A stretch of 64,000 nt of DNA, from the IMG/VR virus record IMGVR_UViG_3300031851_000011, one strand, 5' to 3'. Shown here in pieces: positions 28,949 to 38,583 of the stretch. The position numbers and the translations under genes were made by a program. Source of the DNA: an uncultured virus (IMG/VR IMGVR_UViG_3300031851_000011) (lineage: Duplodnaviria; Heunggongvirae; Uroviricota; Caudoviricetes). The notes under the pieces are model-generated. The model was not told the origin of the DNA and ran no database searches. It saw only the letters and a list, made by a program, of their open reading frames with translations. How positions within the stretch are numbered: the stretch's first letter is position 1; each line of letters starts with the position of its first letter.

Positions 28949-29617
28949 TCAAATACAAGATTCAACTAATATCGCTTCGGCTTCTCTACGCTTAAGTAAA
29001 CCATCTAAGCCTTTTCCTCGCCATATACGCTTCATGGCGCGTATTTCACGAGCGATAGACTTGTAGTCTTTCTGAGGGACAAGAGAGCGAATATTGCGCA
29101 TTTCAGAGCGTCTAGAACCTTTCATGGAAGCACCTCTATTGAACACAATAGAAACAAGCGCACCAAAAGCATCAGGATGAAGATCCTCGCATTGTGGGAA
29201 GGCTTTCAGCGTGTAATTTATAAATTTTGGGACAGTTGTTTCTTGGAAGACCTGAACAGCAGAATCCCAAGGTATCTTTATATCCGATATGCGTTTCGCG
29301 TGTGATTCGGCAACACTACCCCTGTAACCAACAACAGAAGTAATTCTTTTTAAATCTTTTTTAGAAAGGAAGTTCTTCCAGTCTTTTTTGACGGTTTCGG
29401 CTGAATTATAACCTAAATCATAACCGATGCCAATCGTCACACCGCTGGAAGCCTGTGGATAAGTTGGATGGTCTAAAAAACGATTATAATAACCTTTGTT
29501 GCCCACCTCGTATTGAAGAATTAGTTTTAGTGATTTTTCGGAAAGGGTATATATATCTTTTACCTCCTCTTTTTGTTTTTTAGAGAAAAGATTTTTAAAC
29601 CACGAAAATAAACTCAT
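28949..29617 (-). CDS. endolysin, GH24/pesticin-like lysozyme
   Basis: YEVG, SGVTIGIGYDLG, ALVSIVFNRG, GLLKRREAEA. Confidence 0.85.
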   Translation of the reverse strand: MSLFSWFKNLFSKKQKEEVKDIYTLSEKSLKLILQYEVGNKGYYNRFLDHPTYPQASSGVTIGIGYDLGYNSAETVKKDWKNFLSKKDLKRITSVVGYRGSVAESHAKRISDIKIPWDSAVQVFQETTVPKFINYTLKAFPQCEDLHPDAFGALVSIVFNRGASMKGSRRSEMRNIRSLVPQKDYKSIAREIRAMKRIWRGKGLDGLLKRREAEAILVESCI

Positions 29618-29931
29618 TTTTTTATAAACTTAGAAGGGTTTTTTTCAAATTTTTTAGCAAGAGCTATTAGACCCTGAATGATTTCTGGACTAACAACACC
29701 AATAACGCCATAACAGATAGCTTTTGTGAAATCAGAGAAAGGGGCGCCGTTCAGAATAAACCAAGCAATACCACTGGATATAGCCGCGCTGAAGATTTTT
29801 CTGAAGAGGGAAAGGAGAGAATGTTTGTTAGGGTCAATCATAATTCTGGCTAGCATACCAAAAGCTCCAACGACGGGGACAAGCCACCCACCCTCACAAA
29901 GAAATTCTCGCAATAAAAGTTTAAAGTCCAT
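29614..29931 (-). CDS. putative holin
   Basis: Three hydrophobic segments, basic C-terminus, overlaps endolysin start. Confidence 0.7.
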   Translation of the reverse strand: MDFKLLLREFLCEGGWLVPVVGAFGMLARIMIDPNKHSLLSLFRKIFSAAISSGIAWFILNGAPFSDFTKAICYGVIGVVSPEIIQGLIALAKKFEKNPSKFIKK

Positions 29932-29967
29932 TATGAACATTTTTACACTTATATTGTATCTATTATG

Positions 29968-30783
29968 TCATATTTTTTTCACATAATCTTCTACAGACCT
30001 CCATTCAATATCTCCAATAGCATCTATTAGTCTAGTATTGTCGGATTTTGTTTTATATTGATAGTGTTGTTTTAGCTTTTTAGGCATTTTAATTGTTTCA
30101 ATTGTAGCTCCATACTTATCGCAAAAAATATTTGCTACATCAAGAAAAGATATATTTGAACCTGTGCCAACATTGAAAACCCCACTAGCATCAGAATGCA
30201 GTAGCCTGTAATGAGCCTCACAAACATCTTCGACACAAACAAAATCTCTTTTCATCTTTTCGCTGTTTTTAAAAACTTTTATTTTGCCGTTTTTTTGAGC
30301 TTGCTGTGAAAATTTGTGGATTGGGCTAGCTTGATCACCTTTGTGTTCTTCGTGTTTCCCATAAACATTAAAATAACGTAGACCCTGATACGGGTGTGTT
30401 GAATTTAAAAGCCAGCAATCAAACATATACTTGCTGAATCCGTAAGGGTTAAGCGGAGAACAAAACTGGTCTTCTTGAAAGGTCTTACTGTTCCCGTAAA
30501 CACTAGCACTGCTAGAATACTGAAATTTTATGTTATTCGCAGAACAAAGATTGTATATAACCTTAGAGAATTCAAAGTTCTCTTTTATTATTTTAGCTAT
30601 ATTTGTTTCGGTGGTTGACGAGTTTGCCGCTAAGTGGATCACCGCATCAAAACCATTTAGGTTTGGGTTGAAACTGCGGCGTTGTTTTAAATCATAACCC
30701 TCTACATCAATACCGCGTTTTGCTAAAAATTTACATAAATTTTTACCAATAAAACCTTCGCTACCTGTTACCAAAACTCTCAT
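29968..30783 (-). CDS. hldD: ADP-L-glycero-D-manno-heptose 6-epimerase
   Basis: TGSEGFIG, SSTTE, YSSSASVYG, PLNPYGFSKYMFD, GLRYFNVYG..E.HKG.QAS, YQYKT. Confidence 0.88.
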   Translation of the reverse strand: MRVLVTGSEGFIGKNLCKFLAKRGIDVEGYDLKQRRSFNPNLNGFDAVIHLAANSSTTETNIAKIIKENFEFSKVIYNLCSANNIKFQYSSSASVYGNSKTFQEDQFCSPLNPYGFSKYMFDCWLLNSTHPYQGLRYFNVYGKHEEHKGDQASPIHKFSQQAQKNGKIKVFKNSEKMKRDFVCVEDVCEAHYRLLHSDASGVFNVGTGSNISFLDVANIFCDKYGATIETIKMPKKLKQHYQYKTKSDNTRLIDAIGDIEWRSVEDYVKKI

Positions 30784-30819
30784 AACCTATTATGAGGTTA
30801 AAAGATAGAAAATCCAAAC

Positions 30820-31311
30820 TTAATCTTCTTGGACGAACTTCATTCCCAGCAAACCTTTTATTTTACGGTTTGACTCATCTTCAGATACTTGAATATTTTT
30901 TAAATCCAACCGAGCAACAGCAAAATCTAAATCGGTATAATCATGATAACCTTGACCCGCCATTTCAGTTTCGTATTCTAACTCACCCTCTGCTATATCC
31001 CTGTCAGCGCACCTGTAAGACTTGCCGACTTTTTTATCTTGATGCATGTATATGAATTTGTTGACACGGGCGAATGACCATTGCATGTTGCTTTTACTTG
31101 CACAATACACCCAATCTGTCACAGCTTGACCTCTATTAAAGACAGTCTCCAACTGTTCTGGACTTATTTTTTTATCAAAATGTTCATTGTGCAACCTAGC
31201 CTTCGCTTCTAAAAGTTTAGACACGCGCTCATCAAGACTTAGACCCTCAAGTTTTTCTTTGGGGTGCGCCTCTAGAAATTTTCTGGCTTCTAACGAAAAA
31301 TCAACGTCCAT
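30820..31311 (-). CDS. paralog of central domain of 17579-18694
   Basis: QWSFARVNKF..KSYRCADRDIAEG. Confidence 0.7.
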   Translation of the reverse strand: MDVDFSLEARKFLEAHPKEKLEGLSLDERVSKLLEAKARLHNEHFDKKISPEQLETVFNRGQAVTDWVYCASKSNMQWSFARVNKFIYMHQDKKVGKSYRCADRDIAEGELEYETEMAGQGYHDYTDLDFAVARLDLKNIQVSEDESNRKIKGLLGMKFVQED

Positions 31312-31327
31312 ATACAAATGCTTACAC

Positions 31328-31531
31328 TTAATTTAAACCAAGGTCTTTATAAGTTTCAGACTTTTGATCTTCCGACATCTCAGACACTTCATCAACAATT
31401 TTTCCCATGACCACACTTGACACGATGTGGACAGCTTCTTGAAAAGAGATGTCCTCCATTACTTTTGCATGAAGTGCCGACAAGAGTTTTTTGTCCTCAC
31501 CGCTATCTTTGCTATTTTTTGAATCACTCAT
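31328..31531 (-). CDS. hypothetical protein
   Basis: 67 aa ORF in operon. Confidence 0.6.
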   Translation of the reverse strand: MSDSKNSKDSGEDKKLLSALHAKVMEDISFQEAVHIVSSVVMGKIVDEVSEMSEDQKSETYKDLGLN

Positions 31532-31533
31532 AA

Positions 31534-31755
31534 TTAATTTACTTTTTGTTTTGCGCTTGAATCTACTTCTTTATTGATATAGATTCGTAAGTCAGCTTCT
31601 TTAGAAGAATTGTCTGTCTTGAACCCATTTCTAAAAATTACTATCCTTTGGCGTTTTCCATCAACTTCAACAAAACCAGAGTAATACTGTTTGTTTCCAT
31701 CGTCGTTGCGCCAAAGACTACCACACTCTCTTTCTTTCCAATTTGATTTGCTCAT
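31534..31755 (-). CDS. small beta-rich protein, DUF736-like
   Basis: GSLW, YYSG, VIFRN, ADLRIY. Confidence 0.55.
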   Translation of the reverse strand: MSKSNWKERECGSLWRNDDGNKQYYSGFVEVDGKRQRIVIFRNGFKTDNSSKEADLRIYINKEVDSSAKQKVN

Positions 31756-31756
31756 T

Positions 31757-31921
31757 TTAATATTTGTTTTTCAATTTTTCAATAAGTCTTGCTTTGTAAT
31801 TTGATGGTGTGGCTGTATAATGTTTTTTGAATACATTGTAGGTTCTGCGTTGGATGCTGTTGCAGTTGTTTTTATCATACTGCAACACTCTTCGAATTTC
31901 TTTTGCTTTTTTGCCGCTCAT
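31757..31921 (-). CDS. 54 aa basic protein (below ORF track cutoff)
   Basis: Manual translation MSGKKAKEIRRVLQYD..KLKNKY; stop abuts next ATG. Confidence 0.65.
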   Translation of the reverse strand: MSGKKAKEIRRVLQYDKNNCNSIQRRTYNVFKKHYTATPSNYKARLIEKLKNKY

Positions 31922-31931
31922 AACAAGTTAA

Positions 31932-31955
31932 AGTTGGGGGCTTGCACCCCCAACT
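31932..31955 (-). terminator. hairpin terminator
   Basis: AGTTGGGGG-T-GCAA-G-CCCCCAACT followed by TT. Confidence 0.65.
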
Positions 31956-31965
31956 ATATTAGGTT

Positions 31966-32175
31966 TTAGCCAAGGGTTACTTTTTCAATACTCGACTTAG
32001 CCAGCTTGAGACTGCGTCCACTATTGCGGTCGTGGACAACAATGTAGAAAGGACTCTCAGAGGTAAACTGAGCATTGATAACACCTCCTTGAGTTGTGTA
32101 TAGACCGAAGAATCGACCCCCTGACTTTCGGATCGAATTTAACGCCGATCTTTGTTTTCTATTTAGTTGCTTCAT
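31966..32175 (-). CDS. hypothetical protein
   Basis: TTGACT-N17-TATCAT (32182-32210) 6 nt upstream, hairpin downstream. Confidence 0.7.
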   Translation of the reverse strand: MKQLNRKQRSALNSIRKSGGRFFGLYTTQGGVINAQFTSESPFYIVVHDRNSGRSLKLAKSSIEKVTLG

Positions 32176-32223
32176 GCTTGTATGATAGCTGTTTTTGGAT
32201 TAAAAGTCAACAATTGTTTTGGT

Positions 32224-34575
32224 TTATTTTAACTTTTTTGTTGATAGTTTTTTTAGATGAATTTCACCCTCCCCGCTGAGAGATTCTTTTGCTACAGATT
32301 GTTTGATTTTTTTGTCAAATGCATCGTTAAGAGATTGTAAAGCGTTGTTTTTGAAATCAACACCTTGAACAAAGTTTTTAATAAATTTAAAATCATATAT
32401 CAGCTTGATGTTATTCATTGAAAGAATGTCGCTCATGTTTTTTAATTTGCTCCACAGGACTCTACGCAAGTCGCGCTCTGTAAGTTCTTCAAGAAAAATA
32501 TTGCTTGAGAAGTATTTAGACAAGTGGACGCGAATTTTAGACTTGGGTGGAGACTGACCTCCAGCAAAACCCATGCTTTTTTCCTCCAGAGTGTCTCCTG
32601 TTATAAAAAATTTACAGTTTGAGAAATCTGCCACGTCACCAGAGTTCATGTATATTTTACCTTCTTTAAATATCTCCGTAAACAATGAATGCGTTGACTC
32701 GTTCATTTTATGGAAGTCATCAATAATAATTATGCAGTTTGGCTCAATCAAAACCTTTTCACAAAGTGATGTGTTGTTATGGATTTGTGGGACTATCTTG
32801 TAGTTAGCATAATGATCTGAGAAATGAACGCCATTATAAGATAACACGGTCGCGCCACTCATTTCCAGAGACTCTTGCAACAGTTTGGTAAACATTGTCT
32901 TACCACTATGTTTAAACCCATTAAGGCAGAAAATTGGAATACCTCCAGAAGAGTTTTCAAAACCCAAGTTTGATAGCTTAATTGACTTTTCTAGTTTTTT
33001 GATTTGCTTTCTATTGCCCACAAAATTAGATCGAGCGTGATCGAAAAAAGATTCTATAACATGCTTCTTGTTTAGCGGGTTTTCTTTCTTGTCGAAAAAC
33101 GATTTTAATTGTTTAAGTGTTACTTGAGCGGGTTCTTTTTGTTTATCAGCCACCCAATCAGAGAACTTGGACTCAAACTCTGCAAAAAGATCTTCTGTGC
33201 TGTCACCATCTTCTTGAATGATTTGGTTCTTAAGTGTTTTGATATCACCTTCCATACTCCAAAATTCAACCTTAGCCTGAGCGCCGCAATGGTCGATCAC
33301 ATCCACAGCTTTGTCTGGGTAACATTTATTAGGCATAAATCTTTCGCAGTATTCAATAACGTTGCCCAAAAAAGATTTTGAATATTCAACATTATGAAAT
33401 TCCTCATAAAACTCAACAAGAGATGGGAGAATTTTATTCATTTGAAACTTGGAAGGCTCTCTGATTGTAACACGCTCAAATCGACGATCCAAAGCACTAT
33501 CTTTCTTGATAGTCTGAGTATATTCATTAATTGTGGTAGCCCCAATGCAACTAATAGTTCCACGAGCTAATTCTGGCTTAAGGATATTGGAAGCTTCAAG
33601 AGAGTTTTCTTGAGTCCCTCCTGCACCAACAAGAGTATGTATTTCATCAATAAACAGAATGAGGTTGTCATACTTCTTCATTTCATTCACAAAGTTCTCT
33701 AGGCGTTCTTCAAACTGACCACGATACTGTGTGCCAGCAACCATACTAGAAAGACTCAAAGAATAAATAACCTTGTTAGAAAGTAGCTCTGGTGCTTTAC
33801 CGTTGACAATAGAAGATGCCAAACCCTCGACCACGCTAGTTTTTCCACATCCAGCAGGTCCGACCAAAATGGCATTAGGTTTCTTTTTCCTGCACAGGAT
33901 GGTAGCAAGTTCTTCTATCTTTCCGTCGAAATCAATAACAGCGTCAAAATCACCACTTACAGCCTTTATGTTTAAATTCTCAGCAAACTGGGACAAAACA
34001 TCATTGTCGTTAAACATGTCAAGAACTTCAAGCTGTTCGGGTTGTTCTTGGACTTCAGTATCCTCAAGAAACGGTTTTGGAGAAAATAATTCTGTATCTT
34101 CGTCTTTCAGATACGCTGTTGTCCTATAAATTAAATCTTCAGCAGTATCATTGTGCAAACCGCCTTCAAAAAAGAAACTTTTGATTGCAGAGGTGGAGAA
34201 ATTGTAATCTAAAAAACCAAGGAAGATAACCTCTGGGGCGACGTAATCTAGGTTGAAAACATTAAAAGAAATATCTTCACAGTGCGCCAAAAACTTTTTT
34301 AGTTTTGGGGTGAACTTAATCTCTTTATCGTAATCCTCGTATTGTTTTTTACGCTCAAGATTTAAAAACGAAGTCTTAGACAATTCCTCCATGAGATCAG
34401 AATCTCCGACAATCGTTGCACAACCAAGATTGAAATTAGAGAAAAATATAGCGGAAAATAGTTCTATGTCTACGCTTTTGAAAGAAAGTTTTTTGGCGGC
34501 TTCTTTGCTTTTGTTAAAAATGCCGAGTGTCTGTTGTAAGTAGTTTTTAAGTTCCATGTTTTTTAAGGTCTCCAA
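32224..34575 (-). CDS. ClpA/ClpC-like Hsp100 ATPase
   Basis: Clp_N-like repeats; AAA1 GPAGCGKT, GTQYRGQFEER, FIDEIH, LKPELARG, DSALDRRF, PDKAVD; degenerate AAA2. Confidence 0.9.
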   Translation of the reverse strand: METLKNMELKNYLQQTLGIFNKSKEAAKKLSFKSVDIELFSAIFFSNFNLGCATIVGDSDLMEELSKTSFLNLERKKQYEDYDKEIKFTPKLKKFLAHCEDISFNVFNLDYVAPEVIFLGFLDYNFSTSAIKSFFFEGGLHNDTAEDLIYRTTAYLKDEDTELFSPKPFLEDTEVQEQPEQLEVLDMFNDNDVLSQFAENLNIKAVSGDFDAVIDFDGKIEELATILCRKKKPNAILVGPAGCGKTSVVEGLASSIVNGKAPELLSNKVIYSLSLSSMVAGTQYRGQFEERLENFVNEMKKYDNLILFIDEIHTLVGAGGTQENSLEASNILKPELARGTISCIGATTINEYTQTIKKDSALDRRFERVTIREPSKFQMNKILPSLVEFYEEFHNVEYSKSFLGNVIEYCERFMPNKCYPDKAVDVIDHCGAQAKVEFWSMEGDIKTLKNQIIQEDGDSTEDLFAEFESKFSDWVADKQKEPAQVTLKQLKSFFDKKENPLNKKHVIESFFDHARSNFVGNRKQIKKLEKSIKLSNLGFENSSGGIPIFCLNGFKHSGKTMFTKLLQESLEMSGATVLSYNGVHFSDHYANYKIVPQIHNNTSLCEKVLIEPNCIIIIDDFHKMNESTHSLFTEIFKEGKIYMNSGDVADFSNCKFFITGDTLEEKSMGFAGGQSPPKSKIRVHLSKYFSSNIFLEELTERDLRRVLWSKLKNMSDILSMNNIKLIYDFKFIKNFVQGVDFKNNALQSLNDAFDKKIKQSVAKESLSGEGEIHLKKLSTKKLK

Positions 34576-37114
34576 GTTTCATGAGGACGGAAGAATTTAT
34601 TATTTTTATATTTTCAGCGAATGATGTATTACTATCACTTCTTCTTCCAAAAACAACAATTATATCCTCCTTCTTTAAGGGCTTGTCTTGATTGTCTTCT
34701 ATGAATTCTGTTAGGTTTTCAGAGTTGCGATTATCCATTAATAAGAATTTATGATCACTAGTATTGTCACTACCAAAAATCATCATATACTTATTACCAT
34801 TCCTTGAAGTTCTTGTAAAGCAATCTTTCACCTGACAAACACATTTAAAACTAGAACCCTGAGATAAACTATTAGATTCTTTTAGGTTTGTTAGCATACC
34901 ATACTCGTCACTAAAGCAATCTGTTAGACCGAAAGAGTAACTGTAACCAAGAAGCGAATTTTCATACCACCAATAAGTAAATTTGTGATGTTTTTTGTTT
35001 TCGTTATAAATGCTTCGATAGTTATCAAACTTCTTTTTGAAAGTCTCAAATCGACTTGGCTTCATAATCGGGCGATTATCATCGCCTAGGGTTTGCTTGT
35101 CAACGATGTCAGCAATCGAATCCAATACATCAAAATTATACTTATCTCCCAACTTATCTAGATTTCTTTTTTCCCTGTCTGTTAGAAGGTTAAATGATTG
35201 AGCCTCAAGAACTAGACGAATTCTATTGTCAGTATTACTGTCCATAGTTCCAGCTTGAATCAGAGCGGCGAGAACAGAAATGTTGATCCCACATTCTTTA
35301 GCCGCAACAAATGCGTGATACTTATTGTCAAAAGAATTGCCACGAAATGAAACAAGACTCCTCAAAGAACGCAGAGAAATGCCTTTAATACTATTCAAGC
35401 CGTATCGAATGTCGTCTCCCTCAATCTGGAAGTTTAAACCTGACTTAAAAAGATCTGGGGGTAGAAGTTTGATTCCAAAATCTGGCAATTCTTGATTAAC
35501 TGAAGAAATGGTTTGCAGAGGATCGGGTTCAAACTCTGCTGACTCCAACACGCTCAAGAAAAACTCTTTTGGGTGGTTGAACTTAAGATACACAGTCTTA
35601 GCCGCTAGGGTCGCATACGCAAAACTGTGAGATTTATTGAATGAATAGTGCGCGGCGGCTTCCAACGCTGACCAGAAGAAATCAGCAACTCTTTCTTCCA
35701 TACCCTTTTCTTGAGCGGCATTGTAAATTTTCTCTTTCCAAGGTTGCATTTTTTCAACCATTTTCTTACCAACAATCCTGCGAACATCATCAGCATCTTG
35801 TAGAGAAAAACCAAAAACTTGAGAAATACATTGCATCAAGGTTTCTTGATATAAAAATACATTTTTACTTTCACGAAGAAGTTCATCCATGACGGGGTCA
35901 ATACCCAACTCTTCGGGAGATCGTTTCTGCCTAATGTAATCGTCAACAAATTGAAGACTGGACGGGCGAGCAAGAGCTACAACGTCAGATAGTTCATTCA
36001 AGTCCATCGGTTTAACATTTTGGCAAACTTGAAAGTTGGTATCAGCAGAAATCTGGAAAAGACCCACTGGGTGATTGAAATCCTGCAAAACCCTGTAAAT
36101 ATTAAAGTCGTTAGGGTCAATATCTTCTAATTTTACACCAAGCTTCTGGCATGTTTTGTGAGCAATTGTTAGAGTTCTCAAGCCAAGTATATCAAACTTA
36201 ACCATAAGATCAGCAACGTCATGCATATTGTAGCCAGTAACCACATCGCCATCTTTCGTTAGCTGTAAAGGAACTACATCTTCAATATTCTGACTGCAAA
36301 TTGCAATACCAGATGGGTGAACACCTGTGTTTTTTATTAGGTTTTCTATAGCTATGGCATTTTCAATAGTTGTTCTGTGAGAAGAACACCACTCATCAAA
36401 TTTTTCGCTTTCTTCCCTAGCGTTCTTTAGGGATAAAACTTGACCGTGTAATTTAGGTATTAAGTCACTAACATTTTTAGCTTCGTCTTCTTTAGCTTCA
36501 TCGAAATATTTTGTCGCCTCGCGAATACAAAGCTTAGAACTGAAGGTATTAAAGGTTAGTATTTTAGCGGTGCGACCAGCGTGAGTTTTTTCAATATATT
36601 CGATTACCTTCCCTCGCTTCTCATAAGAAATATCATTATCGATATCTGGAAGAACACTACCAACAAGAAACTCTTTGCCGTTATTGTCTGTCACTTTACG
36701 CGCTCGACTCTTGGAAACAAATCGCTCAAAAAATAAACCATGTGGGATTGGATCAATGTCCGTTACACCCAAAAGAAACAAGACAAGAGAACCCGCCGCA
36801 CTTCCGCGACCTCCACCGACAGGGATGTCGTTATCATGACAGAAGTTAATCACATCCCAATTCAATAAAATATAATCAATGAACCCAAGCGTATTGAGGG
36901 TGTTTAATTCAAACTTAACGCGATCAATATAGTTTTTCTCTTTTTCTAGACCCTTTGCGACCATACCCTGATAACAAAGCTTACGAACAATTTCGTAATT
37001 CGAACTGCCTTTTTTAAGATCCAATTCTTCAAGAACGGATTCATCTACGGGAGTCTGAGGAAGTTCAACACCCGCTGGTTCTACGCAATCATAAACAGTG
37101 AAGTCTTTAAACAT
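34547..37114 (-). CDS. dnaE: DNA polymerase III alpha catalytic subunit lacking most of PHP domain
   Basis: GRGSAAGSL, FERF, PDIDND, GVHPSG, KFDILGL, YSFNKSH, IRYGLNSIKG. Confidence 0.95.
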   Translation of the reverse strand: MFKDFTVYDCVEPAGVELPQTPVDESVLEELDLKKGSSNYEIVRKLCYQGMVAKGLEKEKNYIDRVKFELNTLNTLGFIDYILLNWDVINFCHDNDIPVGGGRGSAAGSLVLFLLGVTDIDPIPHGLFFERFVSKSRARKVTDNNGKEFLVGSVLPDIDNDISYEKRGKVIEYIEKTHAGRTAKILTFNTFSSKLCIREATKYFDEAKEDEAKNVSDLIPKLHGQVLSLKNAREESEKFDEWCSSHRTTIENAIAIENLIKNTGVHPSGIAICSQNIEDVVPLQLTKDGDVVTGYNMHDVADLMVKFDILGLRTLTIAHKTCQKLGVKLEDIDPNDFNIYRVLQDFNHPVGLFQISADTNFQVCQNVKPMDLNELSDVVALARPSSLQFVDDYIRQKRSPEELGIDPVMDELLRESKNVFLYQETLMQCISQVFGFSLQDADDVRRIVGKKMVEKMQPWKEKIYNAAQEKGMEERVADFFWSALEAAAHYSFNKSHSFAYATLAAKTVYLKFNHPKEFFLSVLESAEFEPDPLQTISSVNQELPDFGIKLLPPDLFKSGLNFQIEGDDIRYGLNSIKGISLRSLRSLVSFRGNSFDNKYHAFVAAKECGINISVLAALIQAGTMDSNTDNRIRLVLEAQSFNLLTDREKRNLDKLGDKYNFDVLDSIADIVDKQTLGDDNRPIMKPSRFETFKKKFDNYRSIYNENKKHHKFTYWWYENSLLGYSYSFGLTDCFSDEYGMLTNLKESNSLSQGSSFKCVCQVKDCFTRTSRNGNKYMMIFGSDNTSDHKFLLMDNRNSENLTEFIEDNQDKPLKKEDIIVVFGRRSDSNTSFAENIKIINSSVLMKLGDLKKHGT

Positions 37115-37181
37115 TGTTTGGTGAATTTTTTATTGGTTATCTATATTTATTTGTCTAAGGCAAATGATCATTGAATGCGCA

Positions 37182-37799
37182 CTATAGTTCTAATGCTTTC
37201 TTCAATTTTAAAAACACCTCGAAGCACATCTTTGTGTCGTAGAGAGAATTATGCAACAACTTTTCATTAAAGTCAATGCCAAACAGCTTCAATAACTGCA
37301 ACTGACTAACGCTCTTCCCCCTTGCTCCGCGCTGGTGCATTAGCTTATATTGCCACGCTAAGAAGTCTGAGCTTGGTTTCCGAATATCTTCTCGGTATGC
37401 CCTGCCCAAAGCGCGTGTGTCGTAAATACGATCCAAGTAGCTATAGTCTGGAGTCTCCCCCAACATGTTTTGCATAATCGCGACCATATAAACATCAAAA
37501 CCCAGCAGGTTTTGACCAACCACTATGTATTCGGGGTTTAAAAGATATTTCTTCAATGCTCCCCATACATCAGCCAAAGGTTGTTTCTCCCTGTTGTATT
37601 TTGCGTCACTAAAGCCAGTCATCTTTTTGATCATCGGAGAAAGATTCAAGTCGTCATAATCAACATAAAGATCATGTTCAGAGATTATTTTTTTACCTTG
37701 AGCCTCCACCCATGAAATCTGCCAAGGTCGAGAATAACAAAGATTCAAGCCTTCTGTTTCTGTGTCAAAGACAATATATTTTTGGTCGTATTTAAGCAT
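37182..37799 (-). CDS. DEDDh 3'-5' exonuclease (epsilon-like)
   Basis: VFDTETEGL, GQNLLGFD, HNSLYD. Confidence 0.9.
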   Translation of the reverse strand: MLKYDQKYIVFDTETEGLNLCYSRPWQISWVEAQGKKIISEHDLYVDYDDLNLSPMIKKMTGFSDAKYNREKQPLADVWGALKKYLLNPEYIVVGQNLLGFDVYMVAIMQNMLGETPDYSYLDRIYDTRALGRAYREDIRKPSSDFLAWQYKLMHQRGARGKSVSQLQLLKLFGIDFNEKLLHNSLYDTKMCFEVFLKLKKALEL

Positions 37800-38496
37800 T
37801 GGATTGTTCTTTCCAGCTTTGCCAACAAAATTCTTGAGAGCAAAAATGGTTTAGGTTAGGGTTGCTAAAGGTTGGGCTTTTGCCTTGAGAGCGGGAACAG
37901 ACGGCGCGAAGCATTTGAAACGCTTTGAAGTCTTCTCTGTTTTCGTAGCAAATGGTTTTGACTAAAGTTTTATTGTTGATTTTTAATTTTTCAAGTGTGC
38001 GATTAATTTGAAAATCAAACGGATGGTTGTTATCCTCAACCATATAAAAATGATCAACTCCATCCAAGTCGATATTGCTCATACCAAAATGAAAAACATT
38101 GTTGTAGACGAAGGAATCGTAAAATGGGACACCGACTCTAATGTTCTGTAGTTTGTCTTTTGTTTCAGAGAAAGCCAAGACACTGGATTCGCTTGTATAG
38201 GTGTTTGTGTAAAGATTTTTTATGTCTCGCAAACCTTGGTTATTTTTAGCAAACATAACCAGCTTGCTGAAACGCTCGTTTTCATCAAAAGAGTCAGAAA
38301 TAACAGGCAATCGGATGCCGAAAACAAGTTTGATTTCTTGTTCAAGGCATTTTTGATTCAGTTCTCGAAAACCATAAAAGTTGTCCTCAACAACACAAAT
38401 CTGATCAAGATTAGCTTCTTTAACTAATTCAAGAATATGGTCGATGGTTAATATCGATTTGCCGACGCTGAACTGGGTTTTAAACAAAGGTAACAT
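37792..38496 (-). CDS. stand-alone PHP domain of DNA polymerase III alpha
   Basis: KTQFSVGKSIL, EDNFYGF, KLVFG, FAKNNQGLRDI; metal-ligand His residues lost. Confidence 0.8.
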   Translation of the reverse strand: MLPLFKTQFSVGKSILTIDHILELVKEANLDQICVVEDNFYGFRELNQKCLEQEIKLVFGIRLPVISDSFDENERFSKLVMFAKNNQGLRDIKNLYTNTYTSESSVLAFSETKDKLQNIRVGVPFYDSFVYNNVFHFGMSNIDLDGVDHFYMVEDNNHPFDFQINRTLEKLKINNKTLVKTICYENREDFKAFQMLRAVCSRSQGKSPTFSNPNLNHFCSQEFCWQSWKEQSNA

Positions 38497-38500
38497 AATA

Positions 38501-38545
38501 ATATCCTATAAACGAGAATATAGGATATATTGACAAACAAGTCAA
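38501..38545 (-). promoter_or_regulatory. promoter with overlapping 10-bp inverted repeat
   Basis: TTGACT-N17-TATATT; ATATCCTATA-N8-TATAGGATAT at 38501-38528. Confidence 0.65.
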
Positions 38546-38583
38546 GAAAGAAAAAGTAATTATAAAATTAACACAATGTAAAG

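Noticed and set aside
22549..30783. Bacterial LPS locus or chimeric contig
   Set aside because: Interleaved with holin, endolysin and phage nuclease, and shares phage motifs and GCWGC avoidance
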